The notes under the pieces: generated by a model
The model's input: only the letters and a program-made list of their open reading frames with translations
Databases searched by the model: none
Told to the model about the DNA's origin: nothing
Source of the DNA: Azolla caroliniana
Lineage: Eukaryota > Plantae > Polypodiophyta
Direction: 5' to 3'
Assembly: GCA_043228905.1 (NCBI GenBank)
Contig: JBHGNT010000003.1
Location: forward strand, 16,058,001-16,122,000
DNA length: 64,000 bases
In this document: positions 63,734 through 64,000 of the stretch, piece by piece
How positions within the stretch are numbered: the stretch's first letter is position 1
Layout of the letters: the number at the start of each line of letters is the position of its first letter
Made by a program: the position numbers and the translations under genes

Positions 63734-64000
63734 GGAACCTCCAAATCGGCTTCAAAACGGCAGCAGCTATTGGCTGCTAAGGCAACCAAGGGGAAGGAGG
63801 CCGACACTGAGAGAACGGCGAACGAGCGGCCTAACGAAATACTTCGGTGAGTATTCTCTGGCCAGCAAGGCATATCGCACACAGGGCGGTGAGGATGGCT
63901 TATTTCGGGAGATTGCTCGTGTACTACATGAGTATGGCCATGTGTACCCTCGACCCCTAACAATGCCTAGGAACAGAGCCGGGTTAATTATCGCCACATA

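Larger units (their letters stand above)
57413..64000 (+). mobile_element. Second Athila-like element copy, lacking 5' LTR, with internal deletion, nested solo LTR and duplications; continues off-window
   Basis: Colinear homology with 21945-28520 (gag, PR, RT, IN, extra ORF). Confidence 0.92.

Overview
Eukaryotic, repeat-dense plant DNA. A non-seed land plant such as a fern is likely, inferred from the TE lineages and gene structures but not provable here. There are three intron-containing host genes: a class II/III-like small heat-shock protein (9599-10125 +), a 7-exon secreted SERK-ectodomain-like LRR protein (37488-39159 +) and a 3-exon HD-Zip class I transcription factor (42728-47734 -). 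They sit among nested retrotransposons: an apparently intact Tcn1/chromovirus-type Ty3/gypsy element (1-3991 -), a full-length but decayed Athila-like Ty3/gypsy element with an extra 3' ORF (21336-31197 +) plus a second rearranged copy (57413-64000), several Ty1/copia relics, solo LTRs with target-site duplications, LINE fragments and local tandem repeats. The most striking signal is in three TGTCAT-initiated LTRs from two otherwise dissimilar Tcn1-like subfamilies. Each carries an antisense tRNA-like A-box/B-box module with exactly canonical tRNA spacing near the U3 end, then a cis-element array (perfect heat-shock elements in one subfamily, RY/CATGCA repeats in the other), then a TATA box. 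The intact element also has a -1 frameshift cassette (slippery heptamer, 6-nt spacer, pseudoknot) joining gag to an uninterrupted pol that the ORF track missed. All alignments and translations were done by eye and no database searches were run.
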